Assembly: GCA_001179505.1 (NCBI GenBank)
Contig: CDMY01000481.1
Coordinates: 4,253-68,252, forward strand
Reading direction: 5' to 3'
DNA: 64,000 nucleotides
Source of the DNA: Vitrella brassicaformis CCMP3155
Taxonomy: Eukaryota; Protista; Chromerida
In this document: piece after piece, positions 48,390-60,069 of the stretch
Numbering within the stretch: position 1 is the stretch's first letter
How the letters are laid out: each line of letters starts with the position of its first letter
Program-made: the position numbers and the translations under genes
Notes under the pieces: generated by a model
Database searches by the model: none
What the model saw: the letters and a program-made list of their open reading frames with translations, nothing else
What the model was told of the DNA's origin: nothing

Positions 48390-48475
48390 ACGTGCATGCG
48401 CAGGCATACGCAGGTGTGCGCACACAAACATTCATCATATACACGCACTCCAAGTCCATACGTGCATGCGCAGGT
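48390..48475 (-). repeat. 60-bp minisatellite, end of an array emerging from the gap
   Basis: Same unit as 46320-46862. Confidence 0.85.
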
Positions 48476-48493
48476 GTGGTGTCGCACAGTGAG

Positions 48494-51400
48494 ATGGCGT
48501 CGACGGTCGTGGACTCTCTGTACATATCATTCTTTGGTAAATGAAACGAACAAGCGAGCAAGAACCGACCAACGGCGTGTCTTGACGTCTCAGATTTGAT
48601 CCACACGGTGGCGTATGACGCCTTTCTGCAGACGAGGCGCCGCACGGGCGACGGCGGCCTCGATGGCGAGCTGGTGGTCGGCCTGCCGCCGTCCGTCATC
48701 ATGGAAGACGTATTCCCCGACTTCCATGGCTTCCAGGTCAGTCACATATCAAAGAACCACCAGAGCAACCAAAAACGGTCTCCTGGGTTGATGCAGCGGT
48801 CCATGCGTGCCACGTTCTTCAGCCAGTCCTTCCAGAGCCAGCTGTACCGTGCACGTGAGGCCTACGAAGCGTCCGACTGGGCCCTCGCCACAACGGCCAA
48901 GCTGTGGCTGCCCCTCCCCCCTCACCTCAGCCGCACCCCAATGCCACGATCGGTCATCGACCTGGCCCTCACACACTTCCAGCTGGGCCACGCGCCACAC
49001 CCCCATGTCAGCACGCGAGGGCTCGCTGACGGCGAGGGAGACAAAGGGCCGGGGTACCGGTTGGTGACGCACACGCGGCCGTTTCTGCCGTTCTTTCGGT
49101 CGCCTGCGTACAAGACGGAGCACTACAGCAGCTGGGTGCCGGGCGCCCTGGGCGGGGTGAGGGGTTTCCGTACTGTGCGCGTCACGCAGAAGGCCTCGGC
49201 GCGCGACGAAGATGGCGGCACTTTCCGAGTACAGGTGAATGAATCCCACACACACTGATGTTGCCCGCGTTGTCTCATGTGTGTGTCATGTTGTGCGTGT
49301 TTTGTCGGATTCGTTCCTGTGTGCCACTTAGGACCTCCTGCCGCACCTCTCAGTCACCATTTGCCGAGTCGGCTACCAGAGAGAACGGGTCGTCGATGCG
49401 AGTGAGGTGGCATGCTGCCGAGAAAGAGGAGTGCGAGAGGGGTCTTCAGCAGCCACCTGGTGGTCGAGCTACCGGCGGTCGCGAGGATGTCCTCTCCCGT
49501 CCATCTGTGTGCCCCCATCTGCTCTTCAACCTTGAAGGCACCGAGGCGTCCATCAATGGGGCCATGAGCATGCTCTTCTTCACACCAGTGGGCCGGCCAT
49601 CCCCCCCCTCACCCCCGAACACCCAGCCACCCCACTGTATCAACACCACCGTGTCAGGCGACACCGTCAAGCGCGACCCTTGTCCAGTCACTGTCGTCAC
49701 TGAGGTGCCGGCGCAGCCATCCCTATCTCTCACTGACGTGGCCGAGGCCCGGATGGCGGAAAATGCCAATGGGACCGTCTTGGTTGGCGACGGGCTGCTG
49801 CAGTGCGAGATCGACTGGACGTGTCTGCGTGTGGGCGTCAACCCCGCCATATTTGGGTGGGTCAATGTGACCCTGGCTCTGACGCGAGGAGAGGGCGAGA
49901 AAGCGCCTGTTGTGTGGCGAGGGATGAGTCGTGTGCTGCTGGTGGATGTAGAGGACGTTGTGACGGTCGTGGCGCACTCGGGGGGGCGCTGCTGGATACT
50001 CGACAGGTACGTGCGTCGGACTGCGTGTCTGTTTGTCATTCATTCATTCATGTCATCCTGTGGTCTGTGTGTGCAGGATGGCTCGATCTATCCGCCTGCT
50101 GTATCCTCGTATGCCAATCGTAGTCACATGCGAGAGGGAAGACCAGCAGGACCAGGCAGATGGTCCTGACGGTGGTCTGATAACGAAGTCGCCGCACGGC
50201 AGCATCCCCAACATGACGGTGCTATCAGTGCCCTTCGACTACGGTCTCGCGCGCGCCAAGAACCTCCTGGTCAGCCTCATCACCACCGAGTTCACCCTGG
50301 TGCTCGACGACGACTTTGTGACGTCACCCCACACATGTGTCGAGTGCATGCTTGAAAAGATGACCAACCAGCTGCACCTTGGACACCCATTCGACATCGT
50401 ACGCGTCCTCGCCATGCAAACCAACACGACAAAACACGCGTTCGTGTGTGCGTGTTGTGTGCAGGTTGGTTTCCCCATCCGTGAGGACGAGGAAGATTTC
50501 GGTGCGTTCCGCGGTGTGCTCAAGGTGGGCCAGGGCGCGGTGTACATGGAGGCGGGTGCCTGGGCGTCATACGCGGACGGCTGCCAGCGGATTGACCTGG
50601 TGCCAATGGTGTTCCTCGCTCGCACGCTGCGGCTGCGTGAGGTGCCGCTGCAGGAGGACCTCAAGCTTGGCGAACACGAGAAGCTCTTCTACATGGCCAA
50701 ACGCAAGGGCCTGCAGGTGGGGAATATAGCCACTGGCGGATGCGCGTTGGCTGGAAGCTGGTGTGTTTGTGTGTGTGTGTGTGTGTTGGTGTTGATGGAT
50801 GGTGTTCAGGTGGGTGTGTGTTTCGACTCTTCCTTAATGCACCTTCGCCTCAGTCCCGATGAGATTCCTGCAAGCTACGCCAGCCGGAGGAAACGATCCG
50901 GAAAGTATATGAGGTCAGTCTGAATGACCATGGCGATAATGCGACGCCCTCACCCCCCTCACCCTCACTAAATGGATGTGATTGATTTCGTCTCCAGAGA
51001 CGCCTTTACCGAGTTCTCCGTCACCCGTCTAGCCCACTTCATGCGGCAGTACGCCCCCTCCTCCTCGCCAATCGACCACGCCATGCTCGCATCCGACGCC
51101 ATCCCACCATGGACAGTCGACAACCACCACTGCCGCCCGGCATTCTCATTGCCGCCCCCACACGGCTTCTCCCTGCTGCTGCTCGTCATCGTCATGACCA
51201 CACCAGACAGGCGCGGACGTGACGCCAGGGACGCGCTGAGACGGCGAGGCTCGTGGTTGCGAGCCCTGGCTGTGCCGGACAACGGCATCTTCGCGTACTT
51301 TGCGATTCCGGCGCCTTCCGGCAGTCACCGTGACGGCCTGTGTGAGGGTTGGCGTGAGGTGGTTGGCGAGTATGAGGAGCATGGCGACATGGTGTGGGTG

Positions 51401-51970
51401 ACGCTGCCGCCGACGATGGCCGAGCCCAGCCATCTGGACAGGGTGCCTCCCGAAGAGATGAGGCGGGCGAACATGGCTTCACGGGACGACCCAGACCAGT
51501 GCAAGCTGTTCCTGAACGAGCCGGTGATGAGGGGGCCACTGCATGGCATGGCGACCAACTGCACCTGCACCAACGAGACACGATGGACGTCTCAGCATTA
51601 TCTGTCTGTTTTGGAGAGCTTCCGGGTGATCGACAGCAACTGGGTGATGGTGGTGCGGGACGACGTGCTTGTGGATCTGAAGCTCTTCACCGACATGATG
51701 GGCGACAAGGCCATGCCCTACTGGACCGTCGTCGCGCCCCCTGCCGACGGCGCACCGACCCCTCCCGCTGCTCCTGCTTCGTTGAAGCCCATTGGCGTGA
51801 GGGTTGACGTGTCGATGGTGATATATCGGCGAGAGCTGTACCTGCTGCTGACGAGCCGGCCGTTGGTGGACTCGCTGAGGCATGATGATGGCAGTTTGGA
51901 GGGGTCGGTCCGGTGGCTGGACGCACTGAATGTGTATTGGACGCCGCTGCCGTCGTTTCATGTCGGATGA
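48494..51970 (+). CDS. Fused glycosyltransferase: B4GALNT/GT12-like domain plus GT31 (beta-1,3-galactosyltransferase)-like domain
   Basis: VVTVVAHSGGRCWILDR|MARSIRLLYPRMPIVV and PFDYGLARAKNLLVSLITTEFTLVLDDDF (B4GALNT-like, DDD). In-frame splice KYMR|DAFTEF into LLLLVIVMTTPDRRGRDARDALRR..EYEEHGDMV..VMVVRDDVLV (GT31-like). 5' end uncertain. Confidence 0.75.
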
Positions 51971-52039
51971 CTGATAGATTGTGATGCACGTGATGGTGTG
52001 TACAGTGAGTGCTTCCTGTGTGTGCATAGATAGGTGGGT

Positions 52040-53270
52040 TGTGCATAGGTAGACAGACTACATGTGAAACCCTCTCGTTTGTACATCCATTCATCCATCC
52101 ATTGGTTCATTGGCTCAGTCGATTGCTGTCGTCCTTTGCCTATCCACGCCTCCCATCCCAACTCCCTCCCTGTCCAACATGCACGCAGAAAGACACGGCG
52201 CACACACTGCCATGCACATGGATGGACACACAGAGACACGTACAACCACACGAACCACACTGCCAGGTCAGCGGTAGAGCCGCTTATCGGGCCACAATCT
52301 GAATGCATTCATTGTGTTCACCAACATGGATCGATAAATACATCCCCCCTGCGCGGATTGAAAGCTCCCAGTGCACTGCCAGCCAGCTTTGAGTCACATT
52401 ACAGACACGCACACACAATGGCAACAACCAACATAGAAATCTCAACCACCCCATTTAGATGCAGCACCCTTCGCTCTCTCGTATATGCTCACGCACATGC
52501 ATAGACACACAAACGCATGGACGAATTCTCTCCTCTCTTGTCTGAGAGCCCCACATGCACTCACTCACTGCACGCACACACATGGTTCATGCCGTGTGGT
52601 AAGCCAAGGAACTTCCTCACCCCAACAATATAATGCGATGGTAGTGACCCGACGCATACACGCACAATACTCTGTGTGTGTGTGTGTGTGTGAATATATA
52701 GGTTGTGCATAGGTAGACTACATGTGGGCCTCTCTCGTTTGTGCATCAATCCATCCATCCATTCAGGGGTTGAGTCGATTGCTGTCGTCCTTTCCCTCAC
52801 CCATCCCTCACTCATACTGCGTTCATTCATGCGCTCAGATAGGATAGGCGCGTGGTGCTCACTGCCACGCACATGGATGATAAACACATCCCCCCTCCTC
52901 TTTCTTCGCATTATTGTGATACATATATCCCCTTCGAAGCGTGCATCCGGATTGAAAGCCCCCAGTGCACCGACCGTCACACACGACACGCAACAGCATC
53001 TCACCCACCACACAACACCGCTCCCCACCACCAGGTTTAGAACAGCCCAGTGGTTGGCTGATGCCAGCAGATGCAGCACCGCTCTCTCGTAGACGCTTAC
53101 CCACACGTACACACATACATAAACGCATGGACGAATTCTCTCCTCTCCTCTCTTGTCTGAGAGCCCCACATGCACTCGCTGCACGCACACACATGGTGGG
53201 GTTGAGCTAAGAAACTTCCCCACCCCAACAATACAATGTGATGGTGGTGACCCAACACGTACACCCACAT
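52040..53270. repeat. Tandem duplication of a ~600-650-bp non-coding unit (52040-~52690 and ~52705-53270)
   Basis: Shared blocks GTGCATAGGTAGAC..CTACATGTG, GTCGATTGCTGTCGTCCTTT, GGATTGAAAGC.CCCAGTGCAC and AAACGCATGGACGAATTCTCTCCTCTC. Confidence 0.85.
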
Positions 53271-53789
53271 AAGACAGATACACGGAGGGTGATCGAGAAG
53301 AGCAGCGAGCAACGGAGACAGACACACAGGCATGGACATCATGTACGTGCTGGGAAAAAAGCCAGATTTGCTCTCTTAGATACGATCCCAGGCAGGGCCA
53401 ATAAAATCTCACTCTCAACCCCATTGGTCGGTCAATCCTCTCATGTGTGTCGTGCTATCATATATGCGCAAAAACGGGCGCCGAACACACAAGCCCCCGA
53501 CATACAAGCGAAGCTCATACAAGCTCACAGCACCATCCCTCCGTGAATAGCTATGCTCACGCTTTGCCTTTCCCGAAAGAGCGGTGCAGCACGCACGCCA
53601 AGTACCAAACAAATCAGCCCTTCCTGGATGGATGGATTAGCCAAACAGCACACAGCTCATGAAGCGCACGCGCACATGTGTAGACGACGCACACGGGCCC
53701 GAAATACAACCAGAGGGGAGCGACATGTGTGTGTCTACCGGTGTACGTAATGGTAGAGGGGTGAGTCAGAGCAGCAGCGAGCAAACGGA

Positions 53790-53865
53790 GACAGACAGAC
53801 AGACAGGCAGACAGGCAGACAGGCAGACAGGCAGACAGGCAGACAGGCAGACAGGCAGACAGGCA
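53790..53865. repeat. (CAGACAGG)n microsatellite
   Basis: Direct reading. Confidence 0.85.
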
Positions 53866-54120
53866 CACGCACGCAGATGCGTGCGGACACACGGAAGACA
53901 CTCGGTGGACAACAAACCGCAGAGGGACAATCAAAACGAAACACTCAGTGTACTACCACACACTCACCCACACGGAGGCGTTGCACGCCAGTAGAAAAAC
54001 ACACACCACACGCACAAGCCGGGCAGCCACAAAACCGACACCCACCACACGGCCCGCCCCCCTCTGCCCAGCAAGCAGCACGTGCAGAAGCAGGCCAGCT
54101 TTGGGGGGGCATTTCATGCA

Positions 54121-56644
54121 TTATATTCTGCTGAGGTCGCGCCCGAACATTCTGCTCTTCATCCAGTCGAAGAGGACCAACACCCGGTTGCGCAGGCTCA
54201 CCTGCTTGACGAAGTACACCGAGCGCCACAGGTAGAAGCCGGCCTGGCCTGACGCCTTGATCAGGTCCAAATCGTTCGCCTTAACACACACATACACACA
54301 CACACAGAGAGAGAGAGAGAGAGGGAGAGAGATGTGGGTAGTGGATGTGCTCTCTCTGGCTGGCCGCGTCCGTATCGTCACTCACCCACCTGTATGTGTG
54401 CGAGTCCCTTGTCGTTGCCCAGATAGGCCAGCATGCCGTAGTTGAAGAACCTGAAGGGGTCGGCCTCGCGCTTGCCCAGGGTGCGCAAAAGGTTGAAGGT
54501 CTTCCTCACGCCTCCTCCGTTGTCGCCATTGTCGCCATTGTTGTCGTCGGTCTGCACGGGTGGCTGGTTGTCGGGCGTGCTCATGTCGTACCCTCTGTTC
54601 AGCATGCGCGCCAGGTAATGACCTTGCTGTGACGCCACCTGCAACCGCAACACAGAGGCGATTGGTTTGTGTGAGTGAGGGTTGGCCTTTGATCTCTCCC
54701 ACCCACGCAGCCGCCAACGCACCTGTGCTGTTTGTGGCAGGATTGGTTCCATCTTGGTGCAGTCGCCCATGGCGAGGATGCTGCCGTTGGTGCCGTAGAC
54801 GCGAAGCCACGGGTCGATCGTCAGCTTCTTGGAACGGGACGTCCTGAGTGGATGACGGGAGAGAGCACATTAGATACCATGCCGTGTGTGACCTGGTGGC
54901 TCACATTTCCGCCTGCACAGGCACTTTCTCGATCAGGCGCCTGATGGAAGAGGGCCAGAACAGTGCAGTGAGTATCTGTCCATCCATCAGGTGTACATGT
55001 TCCCTCCCGCCCCGCCCACTCGGTGATGTTCCTGGGCCCCGTGCCAGCCGTCCAGACGGCCAGACCATACGGCAGCTCCGTCCCATTCTGAATCAACGAC
55101 GCCAGTCAGGCAGGCAGGCAGGCAGGAGTGGGAAGATGTATTGCTGGGTTTGGTGTGCTATACTTCACGTACGTTGAGTGTCATCGAGTAGGGGCCCACT
55201 GCGTTGACTCTCGTCTCCAACGCCACCTCCACCCCGGCATTCTGCACACAATGCATCCATCCATGCGCACAGGCAGGCAATTCAGGCGTGTGTGTGTAGG
55301 CTGCGTGTGGTCTTCCTTATCGGGTTGCTCACGGTGATGACGTTAAGGCCGACGGACCGCAGGGACTCCTCGAAGACGGGCAGGATGGTTGGACCCGATT
55401 GAATCATCACCACACGCGCCAACGACTTGAGCCTGCAACACATACAATGCACACACAGAACGGACGGACGTGTGTCAGGTACACACACGCATGGGTGGAG
55501 GAGGGGAGCTGGCTGACTTTGGGTAAAGTGTCTTGAATTCGGTCGAGAGCAGGTCATACAACTCGCCACAAAACTCCACACCAGTGGGCTGAAGATGCAG
55601 ACAGACAGACAGACAGACAGACAGCACAATGGTCAGCGTCGTCGGTGTGAATGCTATGCTTCCATGAGTGCCTTTGCGCGTACCCCGCCTTCACACACGA
55701 CAAATGTCAGGATGCGCCGCTTCTCCTCTTCTGTCACCTCAGGGATGTTCGCACTAACCAAAAACCACCAGCAACGATGGGAAATGTGCACGTCTTGGTC
55801 CTTCTCTGTCCCACCGACCGTTCGAATCTGTCCTGCACCGCACTTCTGAGCCTGCGGGCGTCGTCCACCTCCTTGAGGAAGTAGCAGTTCTCATACACGC
55901 CCTTGACGCCGAACGATGACGACTTGACGCCCGGCGAGAAGACCAGCATGTCGTACGGCACGTTCAGGTCAATCTTGCTGCCTGGGAGATGCATGGTAGA
56001 CGCTTCAGGAGCGTCCTGGGTTTGTGGGTGGGTGTGAGAGTTGGTGCCTGACCGTCATTTGTCTGCATTCTGGTCCTCATACGGATGGTCCTGTTCTCAG
56101 GGAAGATATCCGTGGCCTCACCTGACCAGTGACCATACCACATGCAGCAGAGCAGCACACGCGTGCGCTAGCAATCGGTGTATGCATGTCACTGACCCTC
56201 AAAATAACTGGCGTATGGGTTTGCTTTTCTCATCGGTTCAGTTATGGATCGATACTCTACTGTGCCCACACTCGCAGCGGCCAACAGCGGGGTGAAAAGG
56301 AAGTAGTTGCGAGGCGATATGATGACAACATCAAACCTGACACACACGCATAGACACACACGTGTGGCGGCCGGCAGGCAGGCGTGTTATGGGTCGGTCT
56401 CACTTGTCAGTGTCGATTGACTTGATGAATGCGTGTGAGGACCATCCGGACCCAATCACCACTATTCGGTGCTTGCGCGGCCCCTTCACATCACCCAACT
56501 CATCCTCTGACCTGAACAAGGATTCCGAGCAGGAAGGAAGCAAGATGTGTGAGCCGTCTGCATGGCTGCTTTCTGACCTAAGCTGTCTGCTCCAGAAGAG
56601 CGACGCGTCTTCAACCGTGTCCAGCACTGCAACGAGCACGCACA

Positions 56645-56681
<37 letters not shown>

Positions 56682-57096
56682 TCACTGCGCAGCCAGTCAC
56701 GAGCAGATGACAAAAACAACTTACATGAGGTGCCCACTTCGTCCACCAATGCCATCACGCTCTCCTGCATTCACAAGCAGCCATCAGCTTTAGCTGTGGG
56801 CAGGCGCAACACCTGCCCACCTGCCTCCTTCTGTTGTCCTCGGTTGTGTCCAGGCCCCTCCCTCGCTCATCAGGGATTCGTATCTTGGTCTTTTCCGGCC
56901 GGGTCTTGATCTCCTGCATGTGCATTGGTGCTGTGGCCCTGTGCGAGAAGATGCGCCTGTAGCAGCCGGCGGGTGACGAGCGCTGAGTGACGTGGTGAGT
57001 GATGAATGAGGGACTCCTGGAGACTGCATCTGAGCTGCTGACGATGCAGGCGAGTCCTGCCAAGATCGATGCTGTCTGCGTCGTCGGCCACCACAT
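54121..57096 (-). CDS. NDH2: Type II (alternative) NADH:quinone oxidoreductase
   Basis: [103 protein letters not shown] and [36 protein letters not shown]. Confidence 0.95.
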
Positions 57097-57420
57097 CCCT
57101 GCTGCTTTGGCCTTGGGCAGCCTTGGTAAGCGTGTCCCAAAATCAGCCGCGCAGAACCGTCTGTAAACGCTCAGGTATACGATGGATTCACAACATGCGG
57201 AACGACATGATCTGGATCTCCATCACTACAGAAGCGCCTCCGCAGCATAACGGCATCGGTGTTTGCATGCATCGTTGGGCTGGGGGCCAAGCTCGCGGTG
57301 GAGACTGGAGGCAGCATTGCAGCAACAGCAGCAGTAGTGCCATCAACCATGCCTTTGACGCCGGTGACAAGACCAACAGCCATCACGATTCGATGAGGGG
57401 AGGAGGAGCACACGTTCGAG

Positions 57421-59271
57421 ATGAAGATGCGGGCCGAGAAGGGCGGGCTCTCAAAAGTCTACCAAGGCGTCTGTGCAGGGGAGGAGGCGGCTTTCAAAAC
57501 GGTTACGACTGAAGGCAAGGGGGCCTCGACTGACATCGCCTGCCTCATCAGCGAGCGCCAGCGGCTGGAAGATCTCGCGAAGCTGGCGGGCGGCGGCGCG
57601 AACATCCGGGAGAGGGGCTTCCTGCCGCTGTACCACGCCAGCACCAACACACAGCAGCCTGCAACCCTTGTCGAGGGAGAGGGAGACGAGGCGACCAAGA
57701 GGCCGATCATCGTCCTGGTCACACCCTGGGTGTCCAGCGGCGATGATTCAGGCAAGTACGAGTTCATCGAGATAATGGCCGCCATATCAAAATACAACTT
57801 CCGCAAGATCTCGCAGAAGCACACGGCACCCCTGTCGGCCCCAGCAGACGCCCAGGCCAAAGAGGAGGTGCTGATTGGCATTCGAGCTATCTGTCTATTC
57901 ATTCACGCCCACATCACCGCCTCCAACGCCCTCCTCTACGCCCTGGACAACATGGCGAGTGATGTGTTCCTCAAGTGGAGTGCATTGCTCGACAGGGGTG
58001 TTTTTCTGTCATGCTGCCCGTGGCCATCGACCAGCCTTCCCCACCACCCACCCTTTTTCGGTCGCTGCCCTGGGATGGTGATGATAGATCCCGCCAATGC
58101 ACTGCGAGCAGAAGAGCCACCTAAGGGAGAAGGGGGTTGAGGCTTTGCAAGAGTACCCACTGACCATGGGGAGCAGGAGAAGCGGCTGCAGGTCGTCGGC
58201 CTGACGCCACACGCCGCACCTCCTGAGACCGCAGTGCTGAGATGGGTGGCCATCTGCGGGGCCACCGAGACACGAGGGGCAGAGAAGGAGGAGGTCAGGT
58301 CAATGGTGAACGAGATGAAGACGGCCATGAAGAAACGTGGCACGATGACTGAGGAGGGAGAGGCCGTTTTCATCAGCCGCAAGGCCGTCAGCTGGGGAGT
58401 CGGCCAGATCCTCCGCCACTTTGTCTCTGGGGATTCGCACCCCATGGCGAGCATGGTCATCCACCAGCTGGACGCGGCTCTCAAGCAGGCAAGAAGGGAA
58501 GGGAGGCCGGCCGAGGAGGCGCAGGAGCTGGAGAAGAAAATGAAGCGCGAGAAGCTCATTTGCGATCTCAAGGACTGCCTCGAGTGGGAGAGCTTCTTGC
58601 CGAAGCTCTTCGACAACGGGCTTGGCAGGAGCTTTCGCAAGAGCGTCAAGCTGCTGCACGAAAGAGGGGAGACGGAGATGGAGTGGTCGAGAGAAATCGC
58701 CGAAGACATCAGCCGGCTGGCCTATGCAGCCCTCCAGGAAGATCCAGAGAAACGCCCGGGGCTAGAAGCAATTTTGAGGACCATACTGGAGGTCGAGCGG
58801 AGGCTGAGCGATGAGGCCAAGCAGCCGACGGGCAGCAGTGAGAGTGGCATTAGCGGCAGAGTGCCATCAAGCGGCATTGGCCAGACGGGATCGTTGCCCT
58901 CGTGTCTCGAGATGCCCTCGTGCGCTTCCAAGCCCCCTCCCCCGGTCACAGAGATGATGCGTGAGGCCATGATGGCTGCCGAGAGTGATGAGGTCACTCT
59001 GCAACAGCAGCAGCAGCAGCAGCAGCAGCAATACCAGCAAGAAGCAGCTGCCAACAACGCAAGGGCCAGGTGGAATATTGGGTGTTTCCTTAAGCGACTG
59101 TGGTCGAGGAGGGTCCAGCCCGCTGCTGAGTACAGCGACGTGGCGGATGAGGAGAATTGGTCGTTAGTTGAGACACAGGAGGCGGAGGACTGGATGGAGC
59201 ATGAGCGGCGAAGAGAAGCGGAGGAGTGGCAGTGGGTGGTGTTTGAGGCGGCCATGGAGGGTGGGGTCTGA
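57421..59271 (+). pseudogene. Divergent protein-kinase-like gene with in-frame TGA (58138-58140) and poly-Q tail
   Basis: GGLSKVYQG..AAFK (subdomains I-II), IVLVTPW, MVMIDPAN (DFG-like), APPE and LQEDPEKRP (XI). No HRD. ORFs 57421-58140 and 58234-59271 are in the same frame. (CAG)n at ~59002-59040. Confidence 0.6.
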
Positions 59272-60069
59272 GGCTGGCTCCCTTCTTGCCCTTGACAACC
59301 TGCGGTCTGCATGATGTCGGTCTGTGTGTTGCCTGTCTGTGTGTCCGGCCGCCTAGCTGTTTGCCTGCATGGTGGCTCGCCTGCCTGACGTACACTTTCA
59401 GTGTTCCTCGCACACGTTCGTGCCTTTTTCCTCTCATTCGAGGGTGTACGTGTGGGGTTGTTCCTTCCTCTCTGCCTTGGCATACTGCACTCATGATTCA
59501 TTCATCTCCATGTCTGCAGTACATTTGACACGCACATTCATGCGTCGCTGCCTTCTTGTTCACACACGCATCGACCTTGTTTGCTCGCCTCTTTGCTCAC
59601 GTCGGTCGTCACGCGGTTATCATTCATGTAAGGAAGGCGACTTGCTCAGTCGGTGGGTCAGTGGATCAGGAGACCTCCCTCTTCGCTTCGTTCCTCTTTT
59701 TGCTGCTGGCACTCATACTGTCTCTTTCCTTGATTCATACTTACCTTCCTTCTTACGGGTTCCTCTCGAATCAATGGTGAGTATGCACTGAAGGCAAAGT
59801 GTGTGTGTACCTGCCATGAATTGTGTGTGCGCCTCTGTGTGTGTGTGTGTGTGTCTCTGCAGGCTCAGATGATACGAGCAACAGGGGCGGACATCATAGA
59901 GGAGACATGTCGAGGGGCTGACATATACGTGGATATTGGCATGACATTGCATCTCATCATCCATTTCAGATGACACAACGGGGGAGATCATTGCGATCGG
60001 TAATCAATGTCTTTTGCAAAAGATGTGTGCGTCTATTCGTTTGTGCAATCTGTGCGTCGTCTGTTTATT

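Noticed and set aside
39868-48544. Long His/Thr/Cys-rich ORFs in several frames (e.g. 41526-42758, 41785-43005, 46333-47022)
   Set aside because: By-products of a 60-nt stop-poor minisatellite and N gaps; no evidence of coding.
11228-58140. Stop-codon reassignment to explain in-frame stops (TAG 11228, TGA 15371, TAA 24936, TAG 29213, TGA 58138)
   Set aside because: All three stop types occur, paralogs have different residues at those sites, frameshifts co-occur, and intact genes such as NDH2 have no internal stops. Decay is simpler.
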